In this document: in pieces, positions 48,233 through 57,781 of the stretch
How the letters are laid out: each line of letters starts with the position of its first letter
Position numbering within the stretch: position 1 is the first letter of the stretch
Source: a virus
Reading direction: 5' to 3' (one strand)
IMG/VR virus record: IMGVR_UViG_3300031957_002603
Location: 32,001 to 96,000 of that record
DNA: 64,000 nt
The notes under the pieces: generated by a model
The model's input: only the letters and a program-made list of their open reading frames with translations
What the model was told of the DNA's origin: nothing
The model's database searches: none
Made by a program: the position numbers and the translations under genes

Positions 48233-49210
48233 ATGACATTTTTTGATAAAAAAGAAGAAGTAATTTCAATCGAGTTGACTCCATATGGTCGTCACTTGCT
48301 TTCGCTTGGAAAATTAAGGCCCTCATACTATGCTTTTTTTGATGACGATGTAATTTATAATGTCGAGGCAGCCGGATTAACAGAGACCAGTGCTGACATT
48401 AAAACAAGAATTCTTGAAGAAACACCGTACATGAAACCGACTTGTCTTTTCAGAAACGTAAATGATACAGTGGGTCGGTCGGAGAATTATCTTACAACCG
48501 AGGAGATTAGATATCCTTCCGCCGATAACAAAATATATTTTCTTCAAAACCCTCTCGGAACTTGTGACCACACTGCAACAGAATCACCCGCTCTCAAAGC
48601 AACATTTATTCTTAATTCTAGTTCAGCCGGAAGCAAGTTCCAAATCAATTCAACATTTCCAGATCAACAAATACCCCAGATTGACATCGATTATGACTAC
48701 ACTGTCGAAGTGAAGAATACAAACAAAGAAGCCAATCGTGAACTTGTAACAAACGCACCTCCTGAATTTCGTTCAAAGATATTCGATGATGGAACATATT
48801 ACGACATTCAAGATGACAATATGATTCTACAACTGCTGGAGGAGAACGGTTTTGCTTTGACTGATTCGTTTGAGATTGAGGTATTCAAATTAGATGACAC
48901 TGATTCTGAAAAGATGGAGCAATTAAAGTTCTCCCCAAGGGTCAGTAAGATTAAAGATGATTATATTTTAGATGAAGTGTTAGAAGATCCATCCCTCATA
49001 ATTAATCAAGAATACGTTGAATATTATTTTAATATATTTGTCGACAATGAGATCTCAATTAACGATTTATGTAAAGGAATTAAGAATCTTCAATCGCAAA
49101 ATATCTTTATCGACCTCGAAGTAAACTGCCCGGACGTGCTAGAAACTGGTGACGTAAATATTTATAGAACAAGAATAACTAAAGACGATTTGGAGATTTG
49201 TGATGATTGA
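48233..49210 (+). CDS. Virion protein with tail-collar-like N-terminus
   Basis: ELTPYGRHLLSLGKLRPSYYAFFDDDVIY, similar to N-terminus of 54460-55425. Confidence 0.65.
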   Translation: MTFFDKKEEVISIELTPYGRHLLSLGKLRPSYYAFFDDDVIYNVEAAGLTETSADIKTRILEETPYMKPTCLFRNVNDTVGRSENYLTTEEIRYPSADNKIYFLQNPLGTCDHTATESPALKATFILNSSSAGSKFQINSTFPDQQIPQIDIDYDYTVEVKNTNKEANRELVTNAPPEFRSKIFDDGTYYDIQDDNMILQLLEENGFALTDSFEIEVFKLDDTDSEKMEQLKFSPRVSKIKDDYILDEVLEDPSLIINQEYVEYYFNIFVDNEISINDLCKGIKNLQSQNIFIDLEVNCPDVLETGDVNIYRTRITKDDLEICDD

Positions 49211-52200
49211 TAGAATTATAGGAAACGGCAACTTGCCAAATGTCTATATATCCCAGATTGAGGTAAAAGATTCTAATCGCATCGCTGGTCTTGAGAAGAT
49301 GATAAAAATATCTTTGACCTTGGTCGTTAAAGATAAAAAGATCAACGGAAACTTTCAATGGTCGCAGAACGGCTTCATGACTGACTATCTCTTGATCAAT
49401 CTCCTTCAATCCACTAATCAGAACTTCTCAAATCAAATAACAAACGGTGACTTTACAATTATTAAGTCAGATTATAAAAACTCGACTTTCTTTAACGAAA
49501 CGCAAGTAAAAAGAATGTCAAAAAAATTAAAACAATACACTGACTCTAAAACACAATTCTTGGGCTTAGACTCGAACGGAAATGAAATTTATGATTTTTA
49601 TTATGATTTTGAAATTGATATTAAACAAAGCGCAGCGACAAACTTAACTTACTTTGCCAACATCAGCATCGACTCGACTGATCTCGCAGTGCAATATAAT
49701 GCTGATTTCTCTTCAAACATAATGTCCCTATATCAAGGCCCAGTGACATCCGAGATTGTATTTGCCGGAGGCCAACTTCAAACATCAACAAATAAATTTG
49801 TTTATTCCGATGGCATGCAATATGGTGGAGCGGTTCATGAACACGAAGGCCAATATATGGAAGGACCCTTCCACACAAACAGAAGACATAGAAACCTCAC
49901 TGTATCACAGATTCCAAACTTAAAGATTAAAGACCTTAGAGGCGTGAATCAACAACCAAAACTGCTGAACGCTCAAAAGCAAATTAATAATTTCTTTGGT
50001 GATCCGTATACGACAAACGACGAAGACGGAAGAATAAAGAAAATATTTTTTGTTGATTTCAACTCAATATTTAGACAAAAGACCAAATATGGTGAAATGT
50101 TACACCAGATAGACCAAAATGTTTATGAAGAGGCATTATCAAATTTTAAAATTAAGAAACTTTCTATATATCGTGATCAAGTGATTGTGACCGAAAATAA
50201 TTCAAACTATGCCAAAAAGAAAGAAATTATCACGCCGGTACAAGGTTCAAGAAAGATTCTAAATATCACGAAGGACATAACAGCGTATAATCTGTCTTCC
50301 TCGTACAACATCATGTCCTCGATTGAAGAGGTCAACATGGGTTCATCAAAAGTTAGATACTTTAACGTTGTTGACGAAGATGCCAAAGACAGATATTCCG
50401 GAAACTACGCTTACACAATGGAACTGAAGATTATCGACAGTTCGATTGATTATTTAAAATCTAAATTTACAAAATATAAAGCAGACATCAAAGCGTTGGA
50501 AAGTTATTATCTGAGAGCAAACAAGAGAAAATATTACAACTCTTTCAAGAAACAATTCACAAATCAGTTCATAAGTGACGAAAACTCTCTTTATAATCTC
50601 GGTACGCCGTCTAGTTTTACCACAGTGCCGTGGATTATATCGGTAGAGAATTATTCAGAACTTAATAAATTTTTAAACTTTTCAACCGAAGATGAAGACA
50701 TCGCAATTAAGAATAATGTTTTTAACTCAATTAGTCCAAAGACCGGAAACACAAATGGTATTCTAAACTTTATTCAAATGTACAAGGATGCTGTATTAAC
50801 CTTTACCACAAAATTCGGACTTAACAGCATGATTCAAGGCAGCGGATTTAATGTCTCTCCTTCGTCAAGATCACCTGTGCTGAAGAACTTGATAGAAATA
50901 TCTTATACAGACGAGGACTATACAGACTTTGCAATTACTAGATCTGGCTACCGTATTGTGCCAAAGCAGCCAACTGAGACAGTAACGCTGGGTGCGTTGC
51001 CATATGAAAGCCCAGTCACCACCGCTGTAGTAGAAAAACCGGTCTTTACGCAAGAAAGAATACCTCTATCTGGATTCCAGTCAAGAGTTGAGGACGAGAA
51101 AAAAAGATTTTTCCGCAATAATCCAACATTGACTCGGTCAGAAAAAAAGAATTTCAAAAGGAAAAACCTTGATTCTTTTACAAATATTAATAAAAAGGCG
51201 CCAAAATATTTAACGCCAATTGCTATGTCAGATAAGGGAAGCAAAATAGATCTCTCTGCTCCGAGCCGAACTAATAGTAAAAAATTAAATAAAAAAATAA
51301 AAGAAATTAACAAAAGAAAAAACAAAACAAAATATAAAAGAAAGTTTAAAAAAAGATCCAACAGGTTGCTTAAAAATAAAAGAAATCCTCAAAAGAATAA
51401 AAGAAATCTTCGAGCGAACAAACGCCCCACAAGAAGTAGAATTTTTTCAAAAAAAATAAAATTTATGAAGCCTCCGGCAATTAAGCAATTTGATTTAAAT
51501 AGAAAATTAAATTATGATGCTGCCGATTATCTTGGAAAACAAACCAAAATTAATTCAACAACTGAAAAGTTTCAACTGCAAGAACTCGACAGAAAAGAAG
51601 TATTTAGAACAAGTGAAAAGATAAGATCTGCTATTTTAAAAAGAAAAATTAAAAAAACAAGAAATAAATTTGATATGGAATCAAAGAATAATATTATTGA
51701 TAATATTATTAGCGATGACAATGTCGATACAGATATGGCTTTACAAGATATGCCACTTCAATTGAAAGCGCTCGTCTCTTCTAGAAACGAATCATCTAAA
51801 TCTAATCTTTTATCTTCACAGTCAGATGTTCTGGTTTCAGAAGAAACAGAAAATGAAATGCTAATTACTCACTTCAATATACAAAAACTAGAATATCTAC
51901 ACGGCTTTATGGAAGATGAAAATGGTGACCCAATCATCACGGCCCCTATTTGGAAAGAGGCTGATGCTGACTCACTTGCCTCAATTCAAACTCCGTCTTT
52001 TGTTATGAGAGCCGTTAACTATGTAAACGAATCATTATTTGTTGATATACCTGATGAAATAGATCTTCCAATATTTGATTCATTCATGGTTTTTAACAAT
52101 GACACAAACTTTGTTACGACAAATCAGCAAACAATTATTAGTCCACTGTTCTATAGTTATAATAATAATTCTGATGTTGTTTATGATTTTTGTACTTCGA

Positions 52201-52343
52201 ACATTATAAAACAATCAGAAAAGCAAAATGGATTATTCACAAACCAACGACAAGTTGCCGCAAACGTTACATCACAGGTTCAAGATGGAAATCAGACAAT
52301 TACAACTGGCCGCTCTGGAGCGCCTAGTGGAGGCTCGTACTAG
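49203..52343 (+). CDS. Large putative virion protein with His motif and Lys/Arg-rich segment
   Basis: GNLPNVYISQI start; YGGAVHEHEGQYMEGPFHTNRRH; very basic tract ~51270-51470. Confidence 0.7.
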   Translation: MIDRIIGNGNLPNVYISQIEVKDSNRIAGLEKMIKISLTLVVKDKKINGNFQWSQNGFMTDYLLINLLQSTNQNFSNQITNGDFTIIKSDYKNSTFFNETQVKRMSKKLKQYTDSKTQFLGLDSNGNEIYDFYYDFEIDIKQSAATNLTYFANISIDSTDLAVQYNADFSSNIMSLYQGPVTSEIVFAGGQLQTSTNKFVYSDGMQYGGAVHEHEGQYMEGPFHTNRRHRNLTVSQIPNLKIKDLRGVNQQPKLLNAQKQINNFFGDPYTTNDEDGRIKKIFFVDFNSIFRQKTKYGEMLHQIDQNVYEEALSNFKIKKLSIYRDQVIVTENNSNYAKKKEIITPVQGSRKILNITKDITAYNLSSSYNIMSSIEEVNMGSSKVRYFNVVDEDAKDRYSGNYAYTMELKIIDSSIDYLKSKFTKYKADIKALESYYLRANKRKYYNSFKKQFTNQFISDENSLYNLGTPSSFTTVPWIISVENYSELNKFLNFSTEDEDIAIKNNVFNSISPKTGNTNGILNFIQMYKDAVLTFTTKFGLNSMIQGSGFNVSPSSRSPVLKNLIEISYTDEDYTDFAITRSGYRIVPKQPTETVTLGALPYESPVTTAVVEKPVFTQERIPLSGFQSRVEDEKKRFFRNNPTLTRSEKKNFKRKNLDSFTNINKKAPKYLTPIAMSDKGSKIDLSAPSRTNSKKLNKKIKEINKRKNKTKYKRKFKKRSNRLLKNKRNPQKNKRNLRANKRPTRSRIFSKKIKFMKPPAIKQFDLNRKLNYDAADYLGKQTKINSTTEKFQLQELDRKEVFRTSEKIRSAILKRKIKKTRNKFDMESKNNIIDNIISDDNVDTDMALQDMPLQLKALVSSRNESSKSNLLSSQSDVLVSEETENEMLITHFNIQKLEYLHGFMEDENGDPIITAPIWKEADADSLASIQTPSFVMRAVNYVNESLFVDIPDEIDLPIFDSFMVFNNDTNFVTTNQQTIISPLFYSYNNNSDVVYDFCTSNIIKQSEKQNGLFTNQRQVAANVTSQVQDGNQTITTGRSGAPSGGSY

Positions 52344-54427
52344 TGTCTACATTTACTAAAATCATTGTTAAAGATACGAATTACTTTGATAGAATACAGG
52401 CAAACACAAATCCGACAATCACTGTTGAGAATACGGCCAACCTTACAACAACTTTCAATAATCAATTGAGAGAGAAAAAAATAAATGTTGAGTTTGTGTC
52501 CTCGGAGTTTGATCAGAATCAAGCCAACCTTACTTTGAACGAAAAGATAAAGATTACCGCAATCCCTTCTGCTTATGGATCATTTGATGCTTTTAGATCC
52601 GAGATCCAGCAGTCTCTTAATTTAAATTACCTTAATCATTTAACGAGCATTCAAACACAACAAAGAACGCAAACAAATGACAATGCAGATTTTACGATCT
52701 CGTATGTATCAAGTTACAATTATTATGCTCAGGGATACGAGAACTTTATATCAGATATAGATGAAAAGTTAATAGGTAATTATTATGTTGAGAAAAATCA
52801 AACCGATGTCTCAAAAATATATAATTTTAATGCGCCGAACAAAGACTTTTTTAATGCAATTGGATCAACACAGCAAGTAGAAACAAGTGACGAATCATTG
52901 CAGACATTTAGAAACTGTATTTTAAACAATATTAGTTCTGTTATGAGCGAGGTTCAAAAATATCCGTTTTATTTTAACTTTAAGTTTGAGACGCATGGTA
53001 ATGACAACTTGACAGACTTCATGAACTCAACAGGAATGGTTTATGACTTGATGGACTTTTATGTGAATTCACAACCAGCAGCGTCAACAAGTTTTGATTT
53101 ATTGTTTACCGGTGACTCGGCTAATGTGCGAGAGAACGTTACAACAAGAATCTTTCCGTTCTCTACGTGGTTAAACGATACAAACTACAATTTGTCAAAC
53201 TTGGATCAAATCAAATTAATTGGAGCATCTTATCGCCAGATTGGAAACATGGAGGGCAAGTTTCAAAAACTGACCCTAAACGGAATCTTTAGAAATAAAG
53301 TTAAAGAAAACCTGAGAACAATTGAAAAAGTTTTTAATAATGAAGAGTGCTCCAATCAAGTTCTTTTTTACAAAGTCGAGAAGTATATCAACAACTTTCT
53401 CGGAGTCCCGACACAAACATTCTGGTTCATGAATAAGCATGACGCAGTGAACTATTACGACACACAGGTAAAGTATGGGACTCCATATGCCTACAGGCTT
53501 ATAGCCTATACGCTAGTTGTAGGAAACAGTTATCAATATACAAATGCTGAATTTCTTGACAATGATGGCGAATATACTGTGATGCTCGATGTTGTTAATG
53601 TACCAAGCGCTCAAGTCGTCGAGATTCCCTTGATTGAATTCACATTAGTGTCAATACAGAATCCACCGCTCAAACCACAAGTTTCTTTCAGCACAAAGAT
53701 GAGTTCTGACAACAATATTAAGATCACGCTGGGAGATAATGTCGGAGATGGTCTGGATGATTTTGTTGTGATATCCGATGCCGATAGAGTACAAGAACGC
53801 CTTATGGGTATTGTTGCTAATAATTATAACGGCAATAATCAGAAAAGATATTTCAATAGTGATGGCAATCCTGTCTACTACGAGATCTACAGACTTAATA
53901 TGCCACCAAAGAGTTATCAAGACTTTGTTGGATTTAAAATAGCAGATGCAAAGCAATTCTTTTCAGATAGCAAGAAAACTTCTTCTGATGTTTCAATAAA
54001 CGATTATATTTTATCAAACACAGACTATTATTATATGATAAGGTCCGCCAATATTCATGGCCATGTTGGCAACCCGAGCAAGGTTTACAAAGTGTCGTTG
54101 GTGCAAGATGCAGATGATTCAAAAATCAATGTTGAAATTTATGATTTCCCAAAACCAAAACTTTTTGACAACAACAAAAAATTTAATTCTTTGCTCCAAG
54201 TCAGGCCAGCACTAGGTCAAGTAGTTTTTGATAATAATCAGCCGGCTTTGTTTAATGAAACTTCAGCAAAAAACAAACTAAATAATATTAGGCTTGGTGA
54301 TTTGCCTGAACAAATATGGGGCAATACTTTCAAAATAAGATGCACTAGTTCGACAACCGGTAAAAAAATAGATTTCAACGTTACGTTCAACATTAAAACG
54401 ATAAATTCGGAAGAGAATTTTGATTAG
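52343..54427 (+). CDS. Putative virion structural protein with FN3/Ig-like domains
   Basis: YYDTQVKYGTPYAYRLIAY and DYILSNTDYYYMIRSANIHGHVGNPS resemble FN3 strands; GTG start in TAGTG overlap. Confidence 0.6.
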   Translation: MSTFTKIIVKDTNYFDRIQANTNPTITVENTANLTTTFNNQLREKKINVEFVSSEFDQNQANLTLNEKIKITAIPSAYGSFDAFRSEIQQSLNLNYLNHLTSIQTQQRTQTNDNADFTISYVSSYNYYAQGYENFISDIDEKLIGNYYVEKNQTDVSKIYNFNAPNKDFFNAIGSTQQVETSDESLQTFRNCILNNISSVMSEVQKYPFYFNFKFETHGNDNLTDFMNSTGMVYDLMDFYVNSQPAASTSFDLLFTGDSANVRENVTTRIFPFSTWLNDTNYNLSNLDQIKLIGASYRQIGNMEGKFQKLTLNGIFRNKVKENLRTIEKVFNNEECSNQVLFYKVEKYINNFLGVPTQTFWFMNKHDAVNYYDTQVKYGTPYAYRLIAYTLVVGNSYQYTNAEFLDNDGEYTVMLDVVNVPSAQVVEIPLIEFTLVSIQNPPLKPQVSFSTKMSSDNNIKITLGDNVGDGLDDFVVISDADRVQERLMGIVANNYNGNNQKRYFNSDGNPVYYEIYRLNMPPKSYQDFVGFKIADAKQFFSDSKKTSSDVSINDYILSNTDYYYMIRSANIHGHVGNPSKVYKVSLVQDADDSKINVEIYDFPKPKLFDNNKKFNSLLQVRPALGQVVFDNNQPALFNETSAKNKLNNIRLGDLPEQIWGNTFKIRCTSSTTGKKIDFNVTFNIKTINSEENFD

Positions 54428-54428
54428 A

Positions 54429-54436
54429 ACTAATTA
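54429..54436 (+). promoter_or_regulatory. Candidate late promoter ACTAATTA
   Basis: Intergenic, 23 nt upstream of ATG 54460, followed by GAGG SD. Confidence 0.6.
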
Positions 54437-54459
54437 ATATAACAATTTGAGGATTAAAT

Positions 54460-55425
54460 ATGGGATTTTTAGATAACAGTGGCGATATCATTCTTGATGT
54501 TGTGCTTACTGATTTGGGCAGACAATTGCTCGCTAAAGGCGACGGGTCATTCAATGTAACCAAGTTTGCATTGTCGGATGACGAAATCGACTATAGTTTG
54601 TATAACAAGAATCATCCAAGCGGTAGTTCTTACTACGATCTAGAGGTTCTGCAAACCCCTGTGTTCGAAGCATTTACTGACAACGCTGCATCGATGAAAA
54701 ATAAACTTCTGACATTTGAAAATCAGAATCTTTTGTTCTTGCCTGTTCTCAAACTAAATCAATCGTTTCCGGGCACCTCTTTGCATACTGATGGCGCATT
54801 TGTTGTTGCGGTTGACAGAAACACAGAGGATAACACTTCTACAACTAGCCCCGCAACTTCAATTGGTACAACATCGGAAGGTAAGGTTGTCGCTGGTGTG
54901 ATCTTTGGTGAGTCTCTAGGTGCAGGTGCGCAAGCACAGAACTTCATCAGAGTCGACCAAGGCCTTGACACAACACAAGTATCAGCCAAAAAGGCTTTAG
55001 ATCCAGATCTTGTTGAGACTGAATACATGATTCAAATCGACAACCGCCTAGGTTCGATTGTAAGTTTTGACGGCGCCAACCGTGCAGTACCTGATTATAT
55101 TGACGATGACAACATCGCCTATTACACTTTCTCTCTCGGTACGGATCAACAATACGTTCAGAACAACACAGTCACCGAGGACACAAATACAGAAACAATC
55201 TTGGGCCCACGAGGAACATTCTTCAGGTTCTCAGTTGCTTCTTCGCTAGAGTTGAATACAAGCACATACTTGTTCACCCAACTTGGTTCTACAACCACGA
55301 TGGATAATGCGGGTGGCAATGATCCTTCTCCATCAACTGTAAAACTTATTGACACAATTGTCAAAGTAACCGGAATGACCACAGGATACAGCGTTGATAT
55401 TCCTGTACGATTTGTAAAACTATAG
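54460..55425 (+). CDS. Virion protein with tail-collar-like N-terminus
   Basis: MGFLDNSGDIILDVVLTDLGRQLLAKGDGSFNVTKFALSDDEIDY. Confidence 0.7.
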   Translation: MGFLDNSGDIILDVVLTDLGRQLLAKGDGSFNVTKFALSDDEIDYSLYNKNHPSGSSYYDLEVLQTPVFEAFTDNAASMKNKLLTFENQNLLFLPVLKLNQSFPGTSLHTDGAFVVAVDRNTEDNTSTTSPATSIGTTSEGKVVAGVIFGESLGAGAQAQNFIRVDQGLDTTQVSAKKALDPDLVETEYMIQIDNRLGSIVSFDGANRAVPDYIDDDNIAYYTFSLGTDQQYVQNNTVTEDTNTETILGPRGTFFRFSVASSLELNTSTYLFTQLGSTTTMDNAGGNDPSPSTVKLIDTIVKVTGMTTGYSVDIPVRFVKL

Positions 55426-55434
55426 GATTAGAAA

Positions 55435-56574
55435 ATGGCAAGTTCTTTTAAACAAATAACCCCAAATGACAGAGTATCAACACGAACTCTATTGCACGAA
55501 GCAATTCCACTAACCGGAACGATAGTTTCCGGAACATATTCCGATGAGAACATCAAAAACTATTCTCACGGTATGTTCCAGTCTGTATATGACTACCCTT
55601 ATCTAAGTTCTTCTGCAAATCACATTTTTGATATTACTGCTGGATATTCTTCAGATAGTGAATTGTCTGGTGCAGATAATGCCCAGAATGCAAAGAAGAT
55701 TAATATCTACAACCAAATGTCACAAATGCTAGTTGGCTATGACATCACAGGTTCGGTATTAAAATTTGATGAAGATGGAAACATATTGGCCGGAGGAAAC
55801 AAACTTAAAGAATGTATCTTCTTGAATTTCTCTCGACTTCTTTATAAAGATGAGGTCAAGAAAGGAACTTTCTCGCTTGAACTCGGTGTTAATCCTGCCT
55901 TTGAATTAACAGCATCTTCACAAAGCACCTTTAATCATAGAATTCTAATTACCGACTTTAGTGGATCTGATGGTTATCTTGTAAACTCTCCTCTTGGTGA
56001 GTATGGCGTTTTATATGCAACCGCTAGTACAGAAACAGCAGGTGTTGAAATCCTCGCTAATGATCCTAGCACCAATGGTCGCCCACCTTGTGGTTTGATT
56101 TATTATCAAGCGGGTGTTGCTGTACTGTCTTCTTCGCTGTTTTTGGATAACAGATCGGGACAACATGGATTACTTGAGGAGGGAACCACAATTGCAAACC
56201 TTAGTTGCTCAGGACCAGTCAGTATCTCAGAAGATATTAACGCTGTATTATCTGGCTCACTCATCACAGGCTCTGCGGACAATTTGAGAAATAGAATTTA
56301 CAATCTTCAGTTTAACAATACTGTCGAACTTAATTCAACAATTTATTTCTGCCGAGTAAACCATAACGAGTTCAACTATTCAGGTAATCCAACCTATCTT
56401 AGTTCTTCACAGATCAGAGTCAAAGAGGTCTCAACTGACGAGCCTGTCTCGTACATCACGACTGTTGGTCTTTACTCCGAGAATAACGAACTTCTTGCTG
56501 TTGGCAAACTCAGTGAGCCACTTAAGAAAACTCCTTCGAATGAATTCACGATTAGAACGAGACTAGACTATTAG
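55435..56574 (+). CDS. Virion protein with tail-collar-like C-terminus
   Basis: EFNYSGNPTY...YITTVGLYSENNELLAVGKLSEPLKK...RLDY. Confidence 0.7.
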   Translation: MASSFKQITPNDRVSTRTLLHEAIPLTGTIVSGTYSDENIKNYSHGMFQSVYDYPYLSSSANHIFDITAGYSSDSELSGADNAQNAKKINIYNQMSQMLVGYDITGSVLKFDEDGNILAGGNKLKECIFLNFSRLLYKDEVKKGTFSLELGVNPAFELTASSQSTFNHRILITDFSGSDGYLVNSPLGEYGVLYATASTETAGVEILANDPSTNGRPPCGLIYYQAGVAVLSSSLFLDNRSGQHGLLEEGTTIANLSCSGPVSISEDINAVLSGSLITGSADNLRNRIYNLQFNNTVELNSTIYFCRVNHNEFNYSGNPTYLSSSQIRVKEVSTDEPVSYITTVGLYSENNELLAVGKLSEPLKKTPSNEFTIRTRLDY

Positions 56575-56580
56575 CATGTT

Positions 56581-57756
56581 ATGTCATTTTATAAATTTAC
56601 AGAAGATGACTTATTTACAAATACAATAGAAGCATACCCCGAGTATTCTTTCTACATCGTTAGTAGTTCGGTTTATATAAACAATATTCCAAATGCATCT
56701 GGTGCCCTGACTGACAATATCTTCGGAGTACCAGATGGTTTCCTATCGCTGTATGAATATAACATCGACAGACCCTCGACTTATATCTATCCATTTCTCT
56801 ACAAAGATGGATTAAAGAATATATTCAAATCGTATAATACCGGCTCGTACAATATCGCAGATTATGGAACCGTAATCACCTCGAGTTATCGCTTGTCTTC
56901 ATCAATCTCAAGATATTATTATGATTCCACCGGTGTCACAGGTTCATCAAGAACTTATTTATTTCCCTTAAAGAACACAATGAATCATTATACATATCTC
57001 TCTCCAAGATATGCGTATTCGGCTTCTTTTGGAGACAAAGATAGTGATAGTGTAAATTTAATAAATATTCCTTCAATTTTTTATGGCTCGTCAATTAAAA
57101 AAGGATCTGTGTCTTTGAAATATTATATATCTGGTTCTCTTGTGGCAGAGTTGGTTGATAAGAATTTCAATGGCGATTTAATTCAAGTTTCAAGTTCAAC
57201 TGACGCAAACGGTGAAGGAAGGGTTGCTGGAACTGTATTGTACAATGAGGGCTTCATTATCTTGACTGGATCATGGAATCTTAATCAACATTTTCCAATC
57301 GGCTTCAATGGTGGCTCTCGCTCTCACAGATGGCTTAATTTTGCTGTAGGCGCTAATGATGGCGCTGTTGGTATTTATGCTAGTGCTTTTCCTTATACTT
57401 CTTTCGCAATCGATTATCAAGGTACAACTCACACACAAACATTAACAATGTTCGCTCATGCGAAGCAAGGCCATTTAAATTATTCAAATAATCCGACTTA
57501 TCTCAAATACAATGAGCCGAACTACAAGAATGCTTCAACAGGATCCTCGGTCTACGGTGAGCGGCCTGTGCCGTTGCATAATAATGTTGATTCGTCGTTC
57601 ACAGATGTCGCTCCAGATTTTGAAAAAGTTACTTATATCTCGAAGGTTGGTATCTATGATGAAAATAAAAATCTCATCGGTATTGCCAAGGTCGCTGTTC
57701 CAATTAAGAAGACAATAAAAAATAACTATACTTTCAAGTTAAAACTTGACATTTAG
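56581..57756 (+). CDS. Virion protein, paralogue of the preceding gene
   Basis: IKKGS, G.VLYNEG, LNYSNNPTY...YISKVGIYDENKNLIGIAKVAVPIKK...KLDI. Confidence 0.7.
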   Translation: MSFYKFTEDDLFTNTIEAYPEYSFYIVSSSVYINNIPNASGALTDNIFGVPDGFLSLYEYNIDRPSTYIYPFLYKDGLKNIFKSYNTGSYNIADYGTVITSSYRLSSSISRYYYDSTGVTGSSRTYLFPLKNTMNHYTYLSPRYAYSASFGDKDSDSVNLINIPSIFYGSSIKKGSVSLKYYISGSLVAELVDKNFNGDLIQVSSSTDANGEGRVAGTVLYNEGFIILTGSWNLNQHFPIGFNGGSRSHRWLNFAVGANDGAVGIYASAFPYTSFAIDYQGTTHTQTLTMFAHAKQGHLNYSNNPTYLKYNEPNYKNASTGSSVYGERPVPLHNNVDSSFTDVAPDFEKVTYISKVGIYDENKNLIGIAKVAVPIKKTIKNNYTFKLKLDI

Positions 57757-57774
57757 CAAATTATATGTTATAAT
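57746..57774 (+). promoter_or_regulatory. sigma70-type promoter for resolvase gene
   Basis: TTGACA 57746-57751, 17 nt, TG-n-TATAAT 57769-57774. Confidence 0.85.
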
Positions 57775-57781
57775 ATATATT

